A DNA stretch of 64,000 nucleotides from Psilocybe cubensis (Eukaryota). Both the position numbers and the translations under genes were made by a program. Below, one piece after another: positions 26,491-40,221 of the stretch. Under the pieces are notes generated by a model, which saw only the letters and a program-made list of their open reading frames with translations, was not told the DNA's origin and ran no database searches. The stretch is from assembly GCA_017499595.2 (NCBI GenBank), contig CM039000.1, forward strand, positions 3,782,001-3,846,000, written 5' to 3'. The stretch's first letter is position 1. Each line of letters begins with the position of its first letter.

Positions 26491-28393
26491 ATGGTAAGGG
26501 TACTTGAGTTTCTCATAAAATTTGACTGCTTACGCCATTCCTTCAGACAGATGAAGATGATGCAACTACTTCCAGGGAGGTATCGGAAGATGAAGGCGAC
26601 TATCCCGGTACGATGGCTCTTTCAAATATGATATTCAGAACACAATCTCAAGTCATATAGCAGCAACGACAAATCCTTATAAATCACTTTTGGATGATAC
26701 CAGTTTCGCTCGGTGTCATAAGACGACTATTCCAAGAGGGAAAGCAGAGACATTCACTCGTGCAATGCTTATGTTAGGACATGGCACCCCGATATGGGAA
26801 AACCCAAAGGTCGGGGACAAAATTGGTATATCGATTGGTGACGTTGGAATGCTGAGTTCGAACGGCTATTTCGAATATTGCTTTAATATCTTCCAACCAC
26901 CAACACATCCGTTGCAGCTGAACTGCCCCAAAAATTTGGAGCAGCTCTCTCCGTACCCAGAAGCTTCTGATATTGCAACCACCTCGATGTACTTCCCCCC
27001 TGGCACAGCATTGACTAGTAAAGGTGTTGAGATGGAACGCCATTCAAACTTGCCTTTGTAATATTTTTTCAATGTCCTTCTTAAAGTGTTACTTATACGT
27101 CACATAATCTGCAGGGACATCACTTTTACAGTCAAGGCTCGAGAAGGTGCAATCATGGTACTCCCCAATGGCGCATCCCGACAGGATCTCATTTCTACTA
27201 CTCATATTAGAGACTACATTCGGAAGCACGCGCTTGAGTGGTACAGTTTCTTCAACGACCCTTCGTCTATTCTCTGCCCAAATGGGTCGCTTTATGTCAT
27301 TACTGGAGTGGATACCTCAGATGCCTGGGGAGTAGCTTGTTGGCCACACCTACACACTGATACTGGAAATGTAGCCAAAATACGCTACAAACCAACCGAA
27401 AAACGTTCATGGCAGAATGTAGACCAGATGGCATGCCGTAGTAGCGGAGGGACCGACAGCAAAATGGCTGGCAGCACCCATTTCATCCGCGGAATCAAAA
27501 TTGCTGTCAACGAATCTGCTTGGATTAGACATGTACTTTGCGACACACCTCCGTCTGCAATTCCATTTTACCATGTCCTCACAGTTCCCACCACAGGGCT
27601 TAGAGCACAGGTGCAAACGTACTTGGACAAAAAGCTACGCGACCCTGAGAAACGCAAGGCGATGCCCACACATGTGAGTCTATACCGAATGAGCAATCAG
27701 TTCAAGAAATGGACTATTTCACAGGTGCTTTTCCACCCATTGGACATAATACTACGCTATATTCTGGCAGAGGTAAATGTTTCTTTCAAGTTAGTTCGAG
27801 TTGGTATTGACTGACTGTGCTCAAGGTTCCTACTACCGAGGTTGCTCTGGTCGATGAAGGCCTTTGGAGCTCGGTTGCGGATCAGGTAGTCTCCATACGA
27901 TTCAGCGCAACGTATGGTTTCTTACCATTTTATGCAGAGTGACGGGACGGTTGCCAATATTACTCGACTCCTGATTAAAATTATTGAACAACACGAAATA
28001 GAGCTTGGAGACGGTATGGTATTATATGATCATGAGAACAGTCGGCTTATTCGTCGACTTATGCCACAGGATGGACAAGTTTGAGACCTAGAGCACCGTC
28101 AAATGACTCAAAAGTGGGTATATGATATAATCAGTGGTCTTGACTAACCTCTCGTCTGCGTAGGACACTCGAAAAGCCACCTGGCCCAGCATTCTGATGG
28201 GTGCACCTGCCCGCATGAAAGACGCATGGTGCGACAAAGCGAGAAGCAGGATCATTTCGCGCAAAGTTCGAATGCTATTTCCAGGTACACCTCTCACGTA
28301 TGAGCAGCTGCACGTAAATTCTTTGACATCGTAAGTTCTGATCTGATACCTCATAACTTCTTCGATGTCTAATGGATCATTTCAAGTTTATAA
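26491..28393 (+). CDS. Type A gasdermin-like protein A4
   Basis: M|TDEDDA..|..NPYKSLLDDTSFARCH..IGDVG..FNIF..LPL|DITFTVKAREGAIMVLPNGASRQDL..NGSLYVITGVD..FIRGIKIAV..|VLFHPLD..|..LFPGTPLTYEQLHVNSLTS|L*; the exons checked are in frame. Confidence 0.8.
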
Positions 28394-29315
28394 TTGTTAT
28401 CAAGCGAGGGAGGACGGGAAAATGGACGCCAGTTATGTATGCGTAAAGAGCGGACGAGTGGTCTTTCACGGAGCTTGGATCCAATCATCAGGTCCTTATC
28501 GTGTCTATGGTGTACAATTTTTGCAAGGTTTTTGGCGTATGCAGCAAGTGCATAGGATTCGGATTCTCCTCCTTTACCATTCATTTTACCCAAATTTGCT
28601 GTATTTTGACGGGAAGCTTGGTCACATTACTGCGAATGGTGGAGATGCAATGCGTTATCATCGAGCATGGGAGTTTGTCGAGGCAAATATAGTCTATTTA
28701 GGTCTTCAATACTCTCACCTATAATTTCACGCAATTTCGTCTGGATTCGAGCATTTCATGGTATAACAAAATCATTCTTGCTATATTCAGCGGCAATCTG
28801 GTATCCCTTTCCCTATAATGATCACAGCCGGCTCGAGGCGCAGTAGAGTTGGACCCACCAGTACCCTCTGTTGTTATTGAGGTATTGGAAGAAACTAGAT
28901 CATCGAGAGTTGAGCAGGTTTGGAGGGCGTTATCTTCCATGGATCTTCCTGTAGTTGAACATGATCGTCTCCAGTGAGATACTGAGAGAGGAAGTTATGA
29001 AGCCATGTGTTTGACGGTTTTGAAATAATGATGCATAAATTTGAATTGATGAGGGATAGACCTTGCTCGTTTGTTGTAAGTCAGGAATCAATTAATCAGG
29101 ATTGGCATAATTAGACGGATCACTTGTGAAATAAGTCATGAGGCCTTGAGGCTGTGACGTGTGGTGACCAAACTTTGAATTCGAACTTGAGAACTTACCT
29201 CAGATGTAATATTGGCATTAACCAGACGCGTTGAGACCATTGTTTGGGCAAGCTCGAGGTGAGGTTCATTCTTGCTTTACTACATTGCCATAACCATCCC
29301 AATCGCCATAGTACC

Positions 29316-31235
29316 ATGGTACGAACACAAAATCTTCCTGCATAATCCCCAGTCCTCATACCACTTCTGTAGACCCAGGAAGATGATGATGCATCAGGTT
29401 CCCGAAGCACACTGGAAGATGGACAGCATCGCATTCCTGGTAAGCACGTTCGCTTTTTTGAACGCCAGCACATAATCTCACATAAAATAGATTCGACAAC
29501 AAATCCTTACAAGTCTCTCATGAAGGACACCAGCTTTGCTCGGTGTCATACAACATCCATTCCCAAAGGGAAAGGACAGTCATTCGTTCGCGCTTTTCAT
29601 ATGTTAGGATATGGCACCCCGATTTGGAATAACCCACAAAGGGGTGAAAAGTTCGGTCTTTCAATTGGTGATGTTGGAGTGCTGAACTCGGAAGGTTATT
29701 TTGAGTACTGCTTCAACATATTCAAGCCGGCCACGGATCCAATGCAGATGACCTGTCCTCCTGATATGGATCCGCTCTGTCCATGTCCAGAAGACACTGA
29801 TATCACAACAATTCCAATGTATTTTGACCCCGGTACTACGCTTATCAGTAAAGGCGTAGAGATGACACGCCATTCCACTTCACCTTTGTAACTACCCCCT
29901 AATCGTCTTTGTAAGAGTCATCTAACACATCTATGTTACTTCTAGGGACATCAGCTTCACAGTCAAAAGTCGAGAGGGTGCAATCATGGTCCTGCCCAAT
30001 GGGGCATCTAGGCAGGATCTCATTTCTACTGGTCACATTCGGGACTACGTTCGGAAGCATGCACTCGCGTGGTACAGCTTCTTAAACGATCCTTCATGTA
30101 TTGTGTGCCCAAACGGAACTCTTTACGTGATCACGGGCGTGGATACGTCAGATGCCTGGGGAGTGGCTTGCAGCTCGGAGTCGTACACTGACAAGGGAAC
30201 TGTAGCACAAATTCGTTATAAACCAACCGAGGACCGTTCTTGGCAAGATATAGTACGAATGGCATGTCTTAGCAGCGGAGGCTCTAGCACCAGAAAGGCT
30301 GGCGGTGCTCTGTTCATCCGTGGAATAAAAGTCGCTGTTAATGAAACTGCTTGGAACAACCATGTACTTTTCAACAGGATACCGTCTGCTATTCCATTTT
30401 ACGATGTCCTCATGGCTCCAGCTACCGGATTTAGAGCAAAGCTACAATCATATATAGCCCACAAATTGACGGGCCCTAGAAAACAGGAGGACCCCCACAC
30501 GCAAGTGAGTTATTATAATGTGTATTCGGTTCGAAGATTGCCTCATTTTGCAGCTACTCTTTCATCCGCTGGACATAATATTACGCTATATTTTGGAAGA
30601 GGTACACATTGTTTGTCATGCACATTTCATTTCTATTCTCTGACAGTGTTCAAGGTTCCGACCGTTGATGCTGCTCTGATCGATGAAAGTGTCTGGAGCT
30701 CGGTTGCCGACCAGGTAAGACAGGATGTATCGCTATTTTCTTTCCATCTGACTGATTTATCCAGAGTGACGGGACAGTAGGCCCAGTTACTCGACTTTTG
30801 ATTAAGATTATTGAAAGCCACGAACTTGAGCTCGGAGATGGTATGTCACTGTCTTGTTTAATATTATGCCTCGTTTTACATGGCTAACACCAGCTTTCTG
30901 TGACAGGATATGCTACTTTAAAACCTAGATCGCCGTCGGATGACACGAAGGTGGAATCAAGCGGGCATCTAATTCCTGACCTTAACTAATCTCTCATCTG
31001 CGTAGAAACCTCGTGAAGGCGCCCATTACGACATTTTGGCCCACATAAAAAAGACGTTCACACATAAAGCGAGAAGCACGGAAGTTTCGCGAAAGATTCG
31101 CAAACTTTTCCCCGGTACACCTCTTACCTATGAGCAGTTGCACGTAAATTCATTAACGTCGTGAGTTCTGTTGTGATTAGTTTTAAAAGATTCTGTTCTG
31201 TTGTATACTCCATCTTTCGTTTTCAAAGTTTATGA
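29316..31235 (+). CDS. Type A gasdermin-like protein A5, tandem duplicate of A4
   Basis: Same exon structure as A4, including an ATG directly before intron 1 and a terminal micro-exon; long identical peptide blocks such as MVLPNGASRQDLIST and YVITGVDTSDAWGVAC. Confidence 0.8.
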
Positions 31236-31924
31236 ATGCTGTCATTGTCAAATAGAGTGAAAGTTGGCGGCAGTCCTATGCCTATGTGTATACGACTACC
31301 GGGTGATGTCAACGAGGCGTCTCGACATGGAGCGTGGCCATGATTTATCAAGGGTTTATCACAGGAATGATATAGCAGGAGCATAGGTTCTCCAGTTCCA
31401 TTCGCAATACTCTTTGATCCCTCAGCCCACTTATTTGGAGAACGTTGGAGCTTGAAGGGTTGCAATCGTATGCGAATGTTATCAAATCCGGAGATACTGA
31501 GAATGTGGAGGAAAATCTGCTTCAGCCAGTCTTCCTGTAGACTGCCCGAAAGTGTCACTCCTCTTGTAGACTTCGAGCATGCTCGAATGGACGTGAATAG
31601 TTTGAATACTAATGCACTCATGGTAGACTTTGGTCTCCGACTCCTGAACTGATCTCTGGTGTCATCCCGGCGTTTTCCGTGATCAGATTTTAAAGCTCTT
31701 ACACAATAAATGCAAACAACGTACGCGTCGTTGGAACGCGTAAGTCATGGTCGTGCTCGATTTCATTGCCGCCTTCCTTTATCCTCATCTTCCTCCTTTA
31801 TCTGGTTTCTTTCCTTTTTTTTTCTCTTTAAGCACGTCTTTTGGTGCGCGAGAAGGATAAGATACCGTTGCAGAACTTGCAGCCATCGACGGAACAAAAT
31901 ATTGAATCATAGATAGAGAGCATT

Positions 31925-33135
31925 ATGGTCGCTACATCTACTGAGCAGGTAAGGCTCTATTGGCTTGGAATGAGTCGGAGGTCATTGTGAACTAAATATA
32001 ATCTGCTTGCTTCTGGTGTAGCTCACATCGCTGGCTGCAACGACCGTCAGTATGTCCTCCCACCTCCCTTTCCTTGTTCCCGCTGACGCAACGCCGCGCA
32101 GTTGTTCACCCACTCGTACTTCTCTCTGTAACCGATCACCATGCGCGCTCTGTTTCGCGGAACACAGAAAAGCGAGTCGTCGGTGTGCTCCTGGGGCAGG
32201 ACAATGGGAAAACGATCAACGTTGCAAACTCATTTGGAATCCCGTTCGAGGAGGATGAGAAAGATAGCAAGACGTGGTTCTTGGATCACAATTATATTGA
32301 AGGGATGTATGAGATGTTCAAGAAAGTCAATGGTGGGTTTATGTTGCTCCTATTAGTTTTCTGTGATATACTAATGTGCTCTGTGTTGCTTTGGCTAGCT
32401 CGCGAACGTATGATTGGGTGGTACCACACTGGGCCGAAGCTGCGCGCTTCTGATCAGGAGATCAATGATTTGTTCAAGCGATTTATCCCCCGCCCTGTGA
32501 TGGTCATCGTCGATGTGCGGCCGCAGGCTGTGGGCATGCCCACCGATTCTTACTTTGCCGTCGAAGAAATCAAAGACGTGCGTCTTCCCATCATTATATA
32601 TAATCTACACAACTAATAACTCTCACAGGATGGCACCGAGACACGCAAAACCTTCCTGCACGTACCCTCTGCAATTGAAGCCGAGGAAGCCGAGGAAATT
32701 GGCGTCGAGCACCTGCTGCGCGACATCAAAGACTCGACAACGACGACGCTCAGCACACGCGTCACTGAGCAGCTGGCGTCACTGAACGGTCTCTCCGCGC
32801 GCCTCGCGGACATCAAACGCTACCTCGACGATGTCGCGGCCGGCAAGATGCCCGTGAACCACCAGATCGTGTATAACCTGCAGGACATGCTCAATCTGCT
32901 GCCGGACCTGAGCGAGCCGGAGACGGAGGCGAGCTTTGCGGCGAGCACGAATGACGAGATGTTGGTGGTGTATTTGAGCAGTTTGTTGAGGGCGGTGATT
33001 GCTCTGCATGCGCTTGTTGATAATAAGGCGACGATTGGGCGGGCGGAGCTGGAAGAGGGTGAGAAGAGGGAGAAGGAGGGCAAAAAGGAGAGCGAGCCGG
33101 CTGGTAAAGCAGAAGCGAAAAAGGCGGACAAGTAG
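31925..33135 (+). CDS. RPN8: 26S proteasome regulatory subunit Rpn8 (MPN domain)
   Basis: [84 protein letters not shown]. Confidence 0.97.
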
Positions 33136-34865
33136 GGTGTTGGTAACTTTGTGTGTTTTTGTTGTACTACGTATCGGTATACTATCTTCCTTCTTCCATT
33201 CCTTACTTACGGTCTGAGCGGCCTGATTAACTTTTCTCTCCTTGACCAAGATACTGACAACAACTGACTGCGCAATGCGCTTCGATTTGTTATCTTTTTG
33301 TCCAGGCGGTTGTTCCTTCCTGCAAAGTTCTGCTATGACAGATGGAAATCCGGTTTTTGAGGAGATGTAACTCGTAGTAAGTTATACTTATAGCAGCTAA
33401 GGTCTCTACGCAATTAACATGGTCTTTACACGAGAGACCGCGTGGCGAATTCAACATTCGTCGCTATCCATCGTCACTGGCCAGAATGTATTCGGGATAG
33501 ACTGACGCTTCTATTCCTAGTAGTCCGACAAGTCTGGCATTTCTTGACTGATAAAGGAATCACAGAGATGGCTCGTCCCGTCCGATAAATTATCTATTCC
33601 TCTTGAATTGACTCTGTTTGAAGCACACGTCTAATGGCAGAAGGAGGGCATGGGAGACCATATGACTGTATATAGCAGAGGTCAGGGTAAAATAATCAAG
33701 GTCTGGGACTCAGAGAAAGTGTTCGTGTTCGCTTCAACTACCAGTGAGAGATATCGAGCAGGTTCGTAGAAACAGGAGATCAGAAACGTTTCGAGAACAG
33801 AGTGATAAGAATGATGCGCCGGATTACTGTGGTTATCGTCGATTTCTACTTGTTTTCCACCGGGGAGGTGAAAACTGCCTGATTGACTTATACATAGATT
33901 AGCGGCTTTTCGTCTCTAGATTCGAGAGAGATTTGCTCGCGCTACTCAAAAGCCATACGCGCAGCAGTAATTAGCTTTTTTCTCCTTGGTTTGGCAGGAA
34001 GCGTCCATGTCAGGCTTAATTACCCTGGGAATACAATGGCATGGGGGCATTCGCTTTTCGAGGAGATAGAAGATTGTGTGAGAGAATTTCAAGGTTTCGA
34101 GTCATCTGGCAGGATAAACTTTGCGCACCCGTTTAGAGTCGTAGTAGCAAGCGGAGGGGCTAAAGCCGAACTGCGGTGCAAAAATTAAAGCCCGAAGAGG
34201 GTTATCTAATTACCTAATAGTCCCGATATAGTGTTATCTCGGCATAAACGGTTAATTAAATTTTTCTTGGTGGAGTTGGGATATTGCTCCCGGCGTTAAA
34301 AGTTGTTTTTCCCATTACCTGTCTTTTTTTTTCTCTGTTATAAACCACCTTTGCCCACCACGATTTTTCTCAACACTCTCGTCTCGCGCTCGCGCTTAGC
34401 TCTTGCTAGGTATGTATTCCTTTCCGTTTCTCTTGGTCACTTTAACGGGAACGGTTTGGGCTTGCTGTTGCTGGGTTTGGTTGGCATGGATGGGATGGGC
34501 ATTTTCCTCTTGCTTGTTGCACGACCAGTTGTCGGTGTTCTCCTCCCAAATGTGAAGGGAAAGTCCACGGGCTTCGCACCTCTCGCAGAATGTCCCAAGG
34601 CGCTGCTGTGTTTGGCGTTCTCGTCGTCCATATCGATGTTTCAACATGAGCATCATTGGTGGTGGCGCTTCCCTCCGTGCATTCCTCAACAATGGCACAC
34701 TCGTCATCCATCTATTCATTCCTCCCGAAAAACTATCGCCTTTCGTGTTCACATTTCCTGAGTTTACTTTTCTGATTGTGAATCTCATTGAATGACCTTT
34801 TTTGCAGGCCCATCCCATTCTCACTCGCTCGTCCTCAACAACAACAAAAACAATTTTCATATAGA

Positions 34866-36842
34866 ATGTCTGGTCCTCGTGGATGCTTCAACTGCGGTGG
34901 TTGTGCGTGTTGATTCTCTTTCTCTCCTCCTTCCCCCTTCTCTTTTCTTCCATCCCTTTTTTCGTTTTTGCATTTTTCGTCGAGTAGGGGGCATGACGTG
35001 ACATTGACCGCGAGTTGGTCAAGTCTGGTTCCATGTTCTCATTTCTTCTATTCCTTTTCTGTGTCGTGGGTCGGCGTGGATGTCGGCGTTTTGTTATCTA
35101 TACACTATCGCCCCTCTATCGTATCATACCATACCTACCCATACCCGTACCCTCGTACCCGCCTTCTTTTCTCTATTTTTGCATGGGCGCGAGCCGGACG
35201 CATTTGGCCCTCTTTCCCCTTTGCCTGTTTTTATCTATCTTCGGAACGACATGGAAACGGTGTGAAGGGGAAAGAGGAGCGGAAATTCCGCTTCCGGTCC
35301 TTTTTTGAATAATCTATCCTTCGACTTTTATCTTCCGTTTTCGTCGTTTTTTTCTTTTCTATTTTTTTTCCCTTTTTTTCACCTTCGCTCTACGTGACTA
35401 TGTTCTGTTCAATCAATTCCTACGTCGAAACTCTGTAACTGGGGTCGCGTTGTGTTGATGTTATGGAGAACATAGTTTGCGTAGCTACATCATAATACAA
35501 TCGTTTTTGTTTCTCTTGCTCTACTCTTCTCTCTCTCTCTCGACCCGCACCACGTTTTGTGCCCTGCTCTCGCCAGCAAATCTGCTCGCCTACTGTCCTA
35601 CCTCAGCGACCTTTGTGACAACGACACTGCTGTCATGCATTAATCCGTCCATAACCTAAATTTCTATCTTAAAATCTGCACCTTCACATTAATCTTCCCG
35701 GATTTGCATCGCTGACGAGTCTCTTTTCTGTTTTCTATTAGTCGGTCACCAAGCGGCGAACTGCCCCAAAGCTGGAACTCCTACCTGGTAAGCACCGTTT
35801 CAGGGTTTACCGTTTACCTTCTTTGCATTTTTGTGTTCTTGGTGCGCTATTGAACTTTTGGAGACCATACTTCCTTGTACTTCTTCACCCGCTTGTTTAC
35901 CCCGCATGACGCGCTTCTTGGCTTTCCGTCCGAGGCAATTTTGCTGGATGCTGCGTCATCCCATCTCATCCCGATCGCAATTGGGTCTTCCTTCGGAGAT
36001 GGAGATTGCTTGAATCATAATTGCCTCGGTGGCTTCTTTCAATTTTGCGTTCCTGTTGATATTTTTTCCATTCTATTTTTTTGAATCTTGTCTTGACTGG
36101 GCGGGTACTGATGGATCTCTTTTTTCCTCCCATCTTTCCCAATTCTACCATAATATCTGTTGGTTGATATAGCTATAACTGTGCGTGTCCTCTTTTTTCT
36201 TTCTGGGCGTTTTTGCTCATATGATATGATTTGATGTAGGCGGTGCAGAGGGCCACGTCTCGCGCGACTGCAGCGCGCCTGCTAAGGCCAAGGCTTGTTA
36301 CAAGTGCGGACAGGAGGGACACATCGTACGTACCCTTCCCTCCTTCGTCGTGTACTCATTCTTATTGCCATGTTGTTTTTGCTTTAGTCCCGTGACTGCC
36401 CTGGCGGCAGCTCTTCGGGCACTGAGTGCTACAAGTGTGGCAAAACTGGCCATATTGCACGATCGTGCCCTGAGGCTGGTGCTACTGGAGGCTATGCCTC
36501 ATTCGGCGGCCAGCAGAAGACTTGGTGACTCCTCTCTTCCTGTTTCTGTGGTAGTGGTATTGATTCATGTATATGCAGCTACACCTGCGGAGGTGTAGGA
36601 CACATGTCGCGTGATTGTGTGCAGGGCTCCAAGTGCTACAACTGCTCGGGAACTGTGAGTTATTTCCTATTTTCATTTTATATAGACTAGAGAACTGATG
36701 TTGTAAATTGTGTTTTTCTTTATAGGGTCACATTAGCCGCGACTGCCCCCAACCCCAGAAGCGTGCTTGCTATACCTGCGGGTCTGAAGGCCACATTTCG
36801 CGCGACTGCCCTGGTGTCGGCGCAAGCGACGCCACTGCCTAA
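34866..36842 (+). CDS. GIS2/CNBP-like RNA-binding protein with seven CCHC zinc knuckles
   Basis: The spliced product MSGPRGCFNCGGF|GHQAANCPKAGTPTC|YNC|GAEGHVSRDC...CYTCGSEGHISRDCPG has seven C-x2-C-x4-H-x4-C knuckles and uses an 8-nt micro-exon (36173-36180). The start may lie further upstream. Confidence 0.9.
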
Positions 36843-37408
36843 ATTGCCTCCGACTTTGACTCGACTTTCTTGACAGCCTGGGGAAGCGGGGGATATGAGG
36901 AATGGGGAAGGGGTGTGTGTGGTGTTGTGCGTTACAAAAAAGGAGTTGTCGTCGTATCGATTTCGATTAACTTGTATTATACTGCTCATCCCGTCTCATG
37001 TTTTTTTCTGAAAAGTCCTGATTTCTCCTCTGTTTTTTTCTCTTTTCTTGTTCAATGTCGTCGACTTTGTTATCCTCATATCCAATCTCCCTATTATGTT
37101 TTCCAATCTTTTCTCTCTTCATAAAAAAATCGCATTTGCACGATATCAAATCTAGAGTCGTCTCGACTGTTCGTGTTTTTGTCGTACGCCCATCAAATTG
37201 TGATAAAAGGCAGGGGCGACCCGGCTCGATCCGAAGTCCGATTTGAGACGACCTAGTTTACCCGTGTTTTGGCCCCATTTCTTCTCCCCCTCGTACGTAG
37301 CCCCCGTCGCGCTGTGCAAGCTACTCTCCCTTTCCCTCTCCCTCCTAGAGCAAATATAATCTTTAAAACCCCTTAAAAAATCACCTAGGACCCTCCACGG
37401 CACCAAAA

Positions 37409-38649
37409 ATGAACGCTCTCCGCCTGGCGCGCACCGCAACTCCCGCGCTGAAGAGCGCTCTGAACAACACCGCGAGCCGCCGCACCCTGGCAACCGCGAC
37501 GCTGGAGCACGCTGCGTCCGCCTCGTCTCCTGCGACGCAGGGACGCGCTGCGTCGGCGCCGATCCCGCTGTCGAATATCGAGGCGCAGTGGGCGAGGCTG
37601 AGCGCTGAGGAGAAGGTCTCCGTGCATGAGCAGCTCGAGGTGCTCCAGCAGAAGGACTGGAAGGAGCTGTCGCTGGATGAGAAGAAGGCTGGTGAGTGGT
37701 TCAACTCTTTTTTGGGTTGTCTTTGTGTTTTCTGGCCGGCTTTTTGGCATTGGAGTGGAGTTGGAGTTGGAGGTAAAGGGTATGTTGGAGGAGTTTTGTT
37801 GGGCGTTTGGTGGATGGAACATTGTTCGGGTGGCTTTGGCTACTTGTTTGTCGTGTCTTGCTGTGTTGTCGTGTCGTGTCGTGTGGAGGTGGAGGGTTGG
37901 TGTGCTGACGACAAACTTTCTCCCCCTCTACTCTCCAATTTCAAACTCTAGCATACTATGTCGCCTTCGGACCTCACGGCCCCAGAACCCCCTCCAGCCA
38001 ACCCGGAGACAACGTCAAGATTCTCGCCGCTACTGCTGGCCTTGTTGGCGCTGCCGGTGTTCTTTACTTCGTCCTCAAGCAGTTCGGTGCGTTATCGCGT
38101 CTCGCGTTTTCCTACCCCTTGTCGTGTGATATAACTTTCTGACGCTGGCAATTCTTCTTGTTTTTGTGTTATTCAGCTCAACCCCTGCCCAAGACTATGA
38201 CCAAGGAGTGGCAGGAAGCGTCGAACGAGCGTGCTATCGAGGCAAAGATCAACCCTATCACTGGTGCGTTATCTTTTTCTATTTTACTTCGTTCTGTGTT
38301 TTTTCTCTTCTTGTTTTTCGGTTCAATCCCACCTCTTTGCAATCCTCCTACTGCTGCTCCTACTGGAAAGCTGGAGAAATGCGTGGAGCTCCACTCCTTT
38401 TTGGACTTGGGTTATGGTTATCACCGCACCTTCGGCGGTATACTCCATCCGTTCATGGGTGGCAATGTTTTAGCTTTTTATCAGTCCTTCGCCCCTTATC
38501 TTTGCTCATTCTCTTGATATATGCGCATCTTTTGTCTCTAAACCACTGTACTTCGTTCATCCGAATATAATTACTAATCCTCTTTTTTCTCATTAACAGG
38601 TATCTCGTCAGAGGGCTACACTGGCAAGGGCTTCGTCCAATCCAAATAG
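37409..38649 (+). CDS. COX5: Cytochrome c oxidase subunit (yeast Cox5/mammalian COX4 family)
   Basis: Basic presequence, then LSNIEAQW..DWKELSLDEKKA|AYYVAFGPHGPR..TM helix..|PKTMTKEWQEASNE..INPIT|GISSEGYTGKGFVQSK*. Confidence 0.93.
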
Positions 38650-40221
38650 AGGGTTTTTCGTTTTGTTTTTCCAACAGAAATCGAGAATCGCAAGCAATAC
38701 CTACTACCTTTCTTTATTACATTCGAATGGCACACTTGCTTCTTGTTTGGCACTCGCATTGAACTTTGTTTTTTTCAAGTTGCTCTCGTACTTCATATTT
38801 CGCACCTTCAGGCTTGGAATGCTAACATTAACTTGTAAGGAGTATTTGCTGGTTAATGGAGGAGGGGGATGAGATGCTTGTGGTGACCGGACTTTTGCCC
38901 CTAATTCTCGTCGAATGCTCAAAAGGCCTTGCAGACTCGTTTGTCATTGCTTCCTTCTGCAACCAAGTACTGAGCACAAGTAGATGTCGAGCATGTGGAC
39001 ACATCGTTCGGCGGTATAGTCCGCATGACTGCTGGAGCCTTGGATTTCCCTTGAAAGATTGAAGATTTAGACTCTCAGATTAACAAATATTTCTTCTAGG
39101 TCGTATATAACGATCAATTCTGGGTTGCGTTGAAATGGTGGCCATTAGTTCGAAGGTCAAGTAAACATATCTACACAGAATATTAAATGTTTTTTTTTAG
39201 TTTTTGACTTGAAAAAGATCCAGGTTGACTCATAGGATTAGGAAGCATTGTAGTCATTCAGCTCTGGGCGCCATGGCCACCTGCATGGCTTTCAACTCGA
39301 TTCCGTGCCTAATAGCCCTTCACACATTTCACCATCTTTCCGTCCTGTTAGCAGCGGTGTTCTTCAGGCCTCGAAATGCATTCAATAAGTTTGTTTCACA
39401 CAGATACACACTCCGAGTGGCGCATTGTGCCTCCATCGCCGTTAAGGGGGCGGGCACAGACCACCTTTTGAGTCATGTGCATGATTGGCAACTTTGTAGT
39501 ACATATTTGGAAAGTCCTTTGCCTATCTTAGCTTATGAAGATCCCTACCCCGTACGGCCATTGTTTGACCCTTTTCCTCATTGTGTTAATCTCGCGATGA
39601 ACATGATTAAGCCACTAAGATTGGATGTACACCGAAGTACAGACTCTCACAACGCCGTTATACGAGATTCACCATGGAAGTTGGAACTATCGAAAGCACA
39701 TAGCTTACATAAGCAGGTTTACCTCCCTGCAAAACAGGGATTTTGATTGAGTCTAGGCATAGCATTGACTGTATGCCAATCATTAATTGTAGTGTTATCT
39801 AGTTTATTGCTCGCGCTCACTACAACTCCACAATAATCTTTAGATACTATGATTAATGCTAGGCCATCCTCGGGCGTGGTGACCTATTTCCTTTTCGGCG
39901 CATGCCGATTGCCCCAATCATCAATGACCGCAAGTCGAGGGCGGCAGGATAGCTATTTATTACGACTGTACCGGGGAGAATAAAACCGTATTGAATAAGC
40001 TATCGGAGCTGATAGACTCTAAGCCACCCGCCTATATCACGGTACTCAATCTATACTTATCAACACGGTCATGTGCTGGCGATAGTCAACGCACATTTAC
40101 AGGGGCATCTTTGACATTGAGGGCACGATGAACTTATGAGGAGTTGATCACTTCGAAGGCCGTTCAGACATTTTACATGAACATGAACCCATAATGAACT
40201 CCGTGTTGGGTGGGGTCTTGG

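Noticed and set aside
38264-38599. Long last intron of COX5 with small hairpins
   Set aside because: The stems are short and no snoRNA boxes could be identified confidently.
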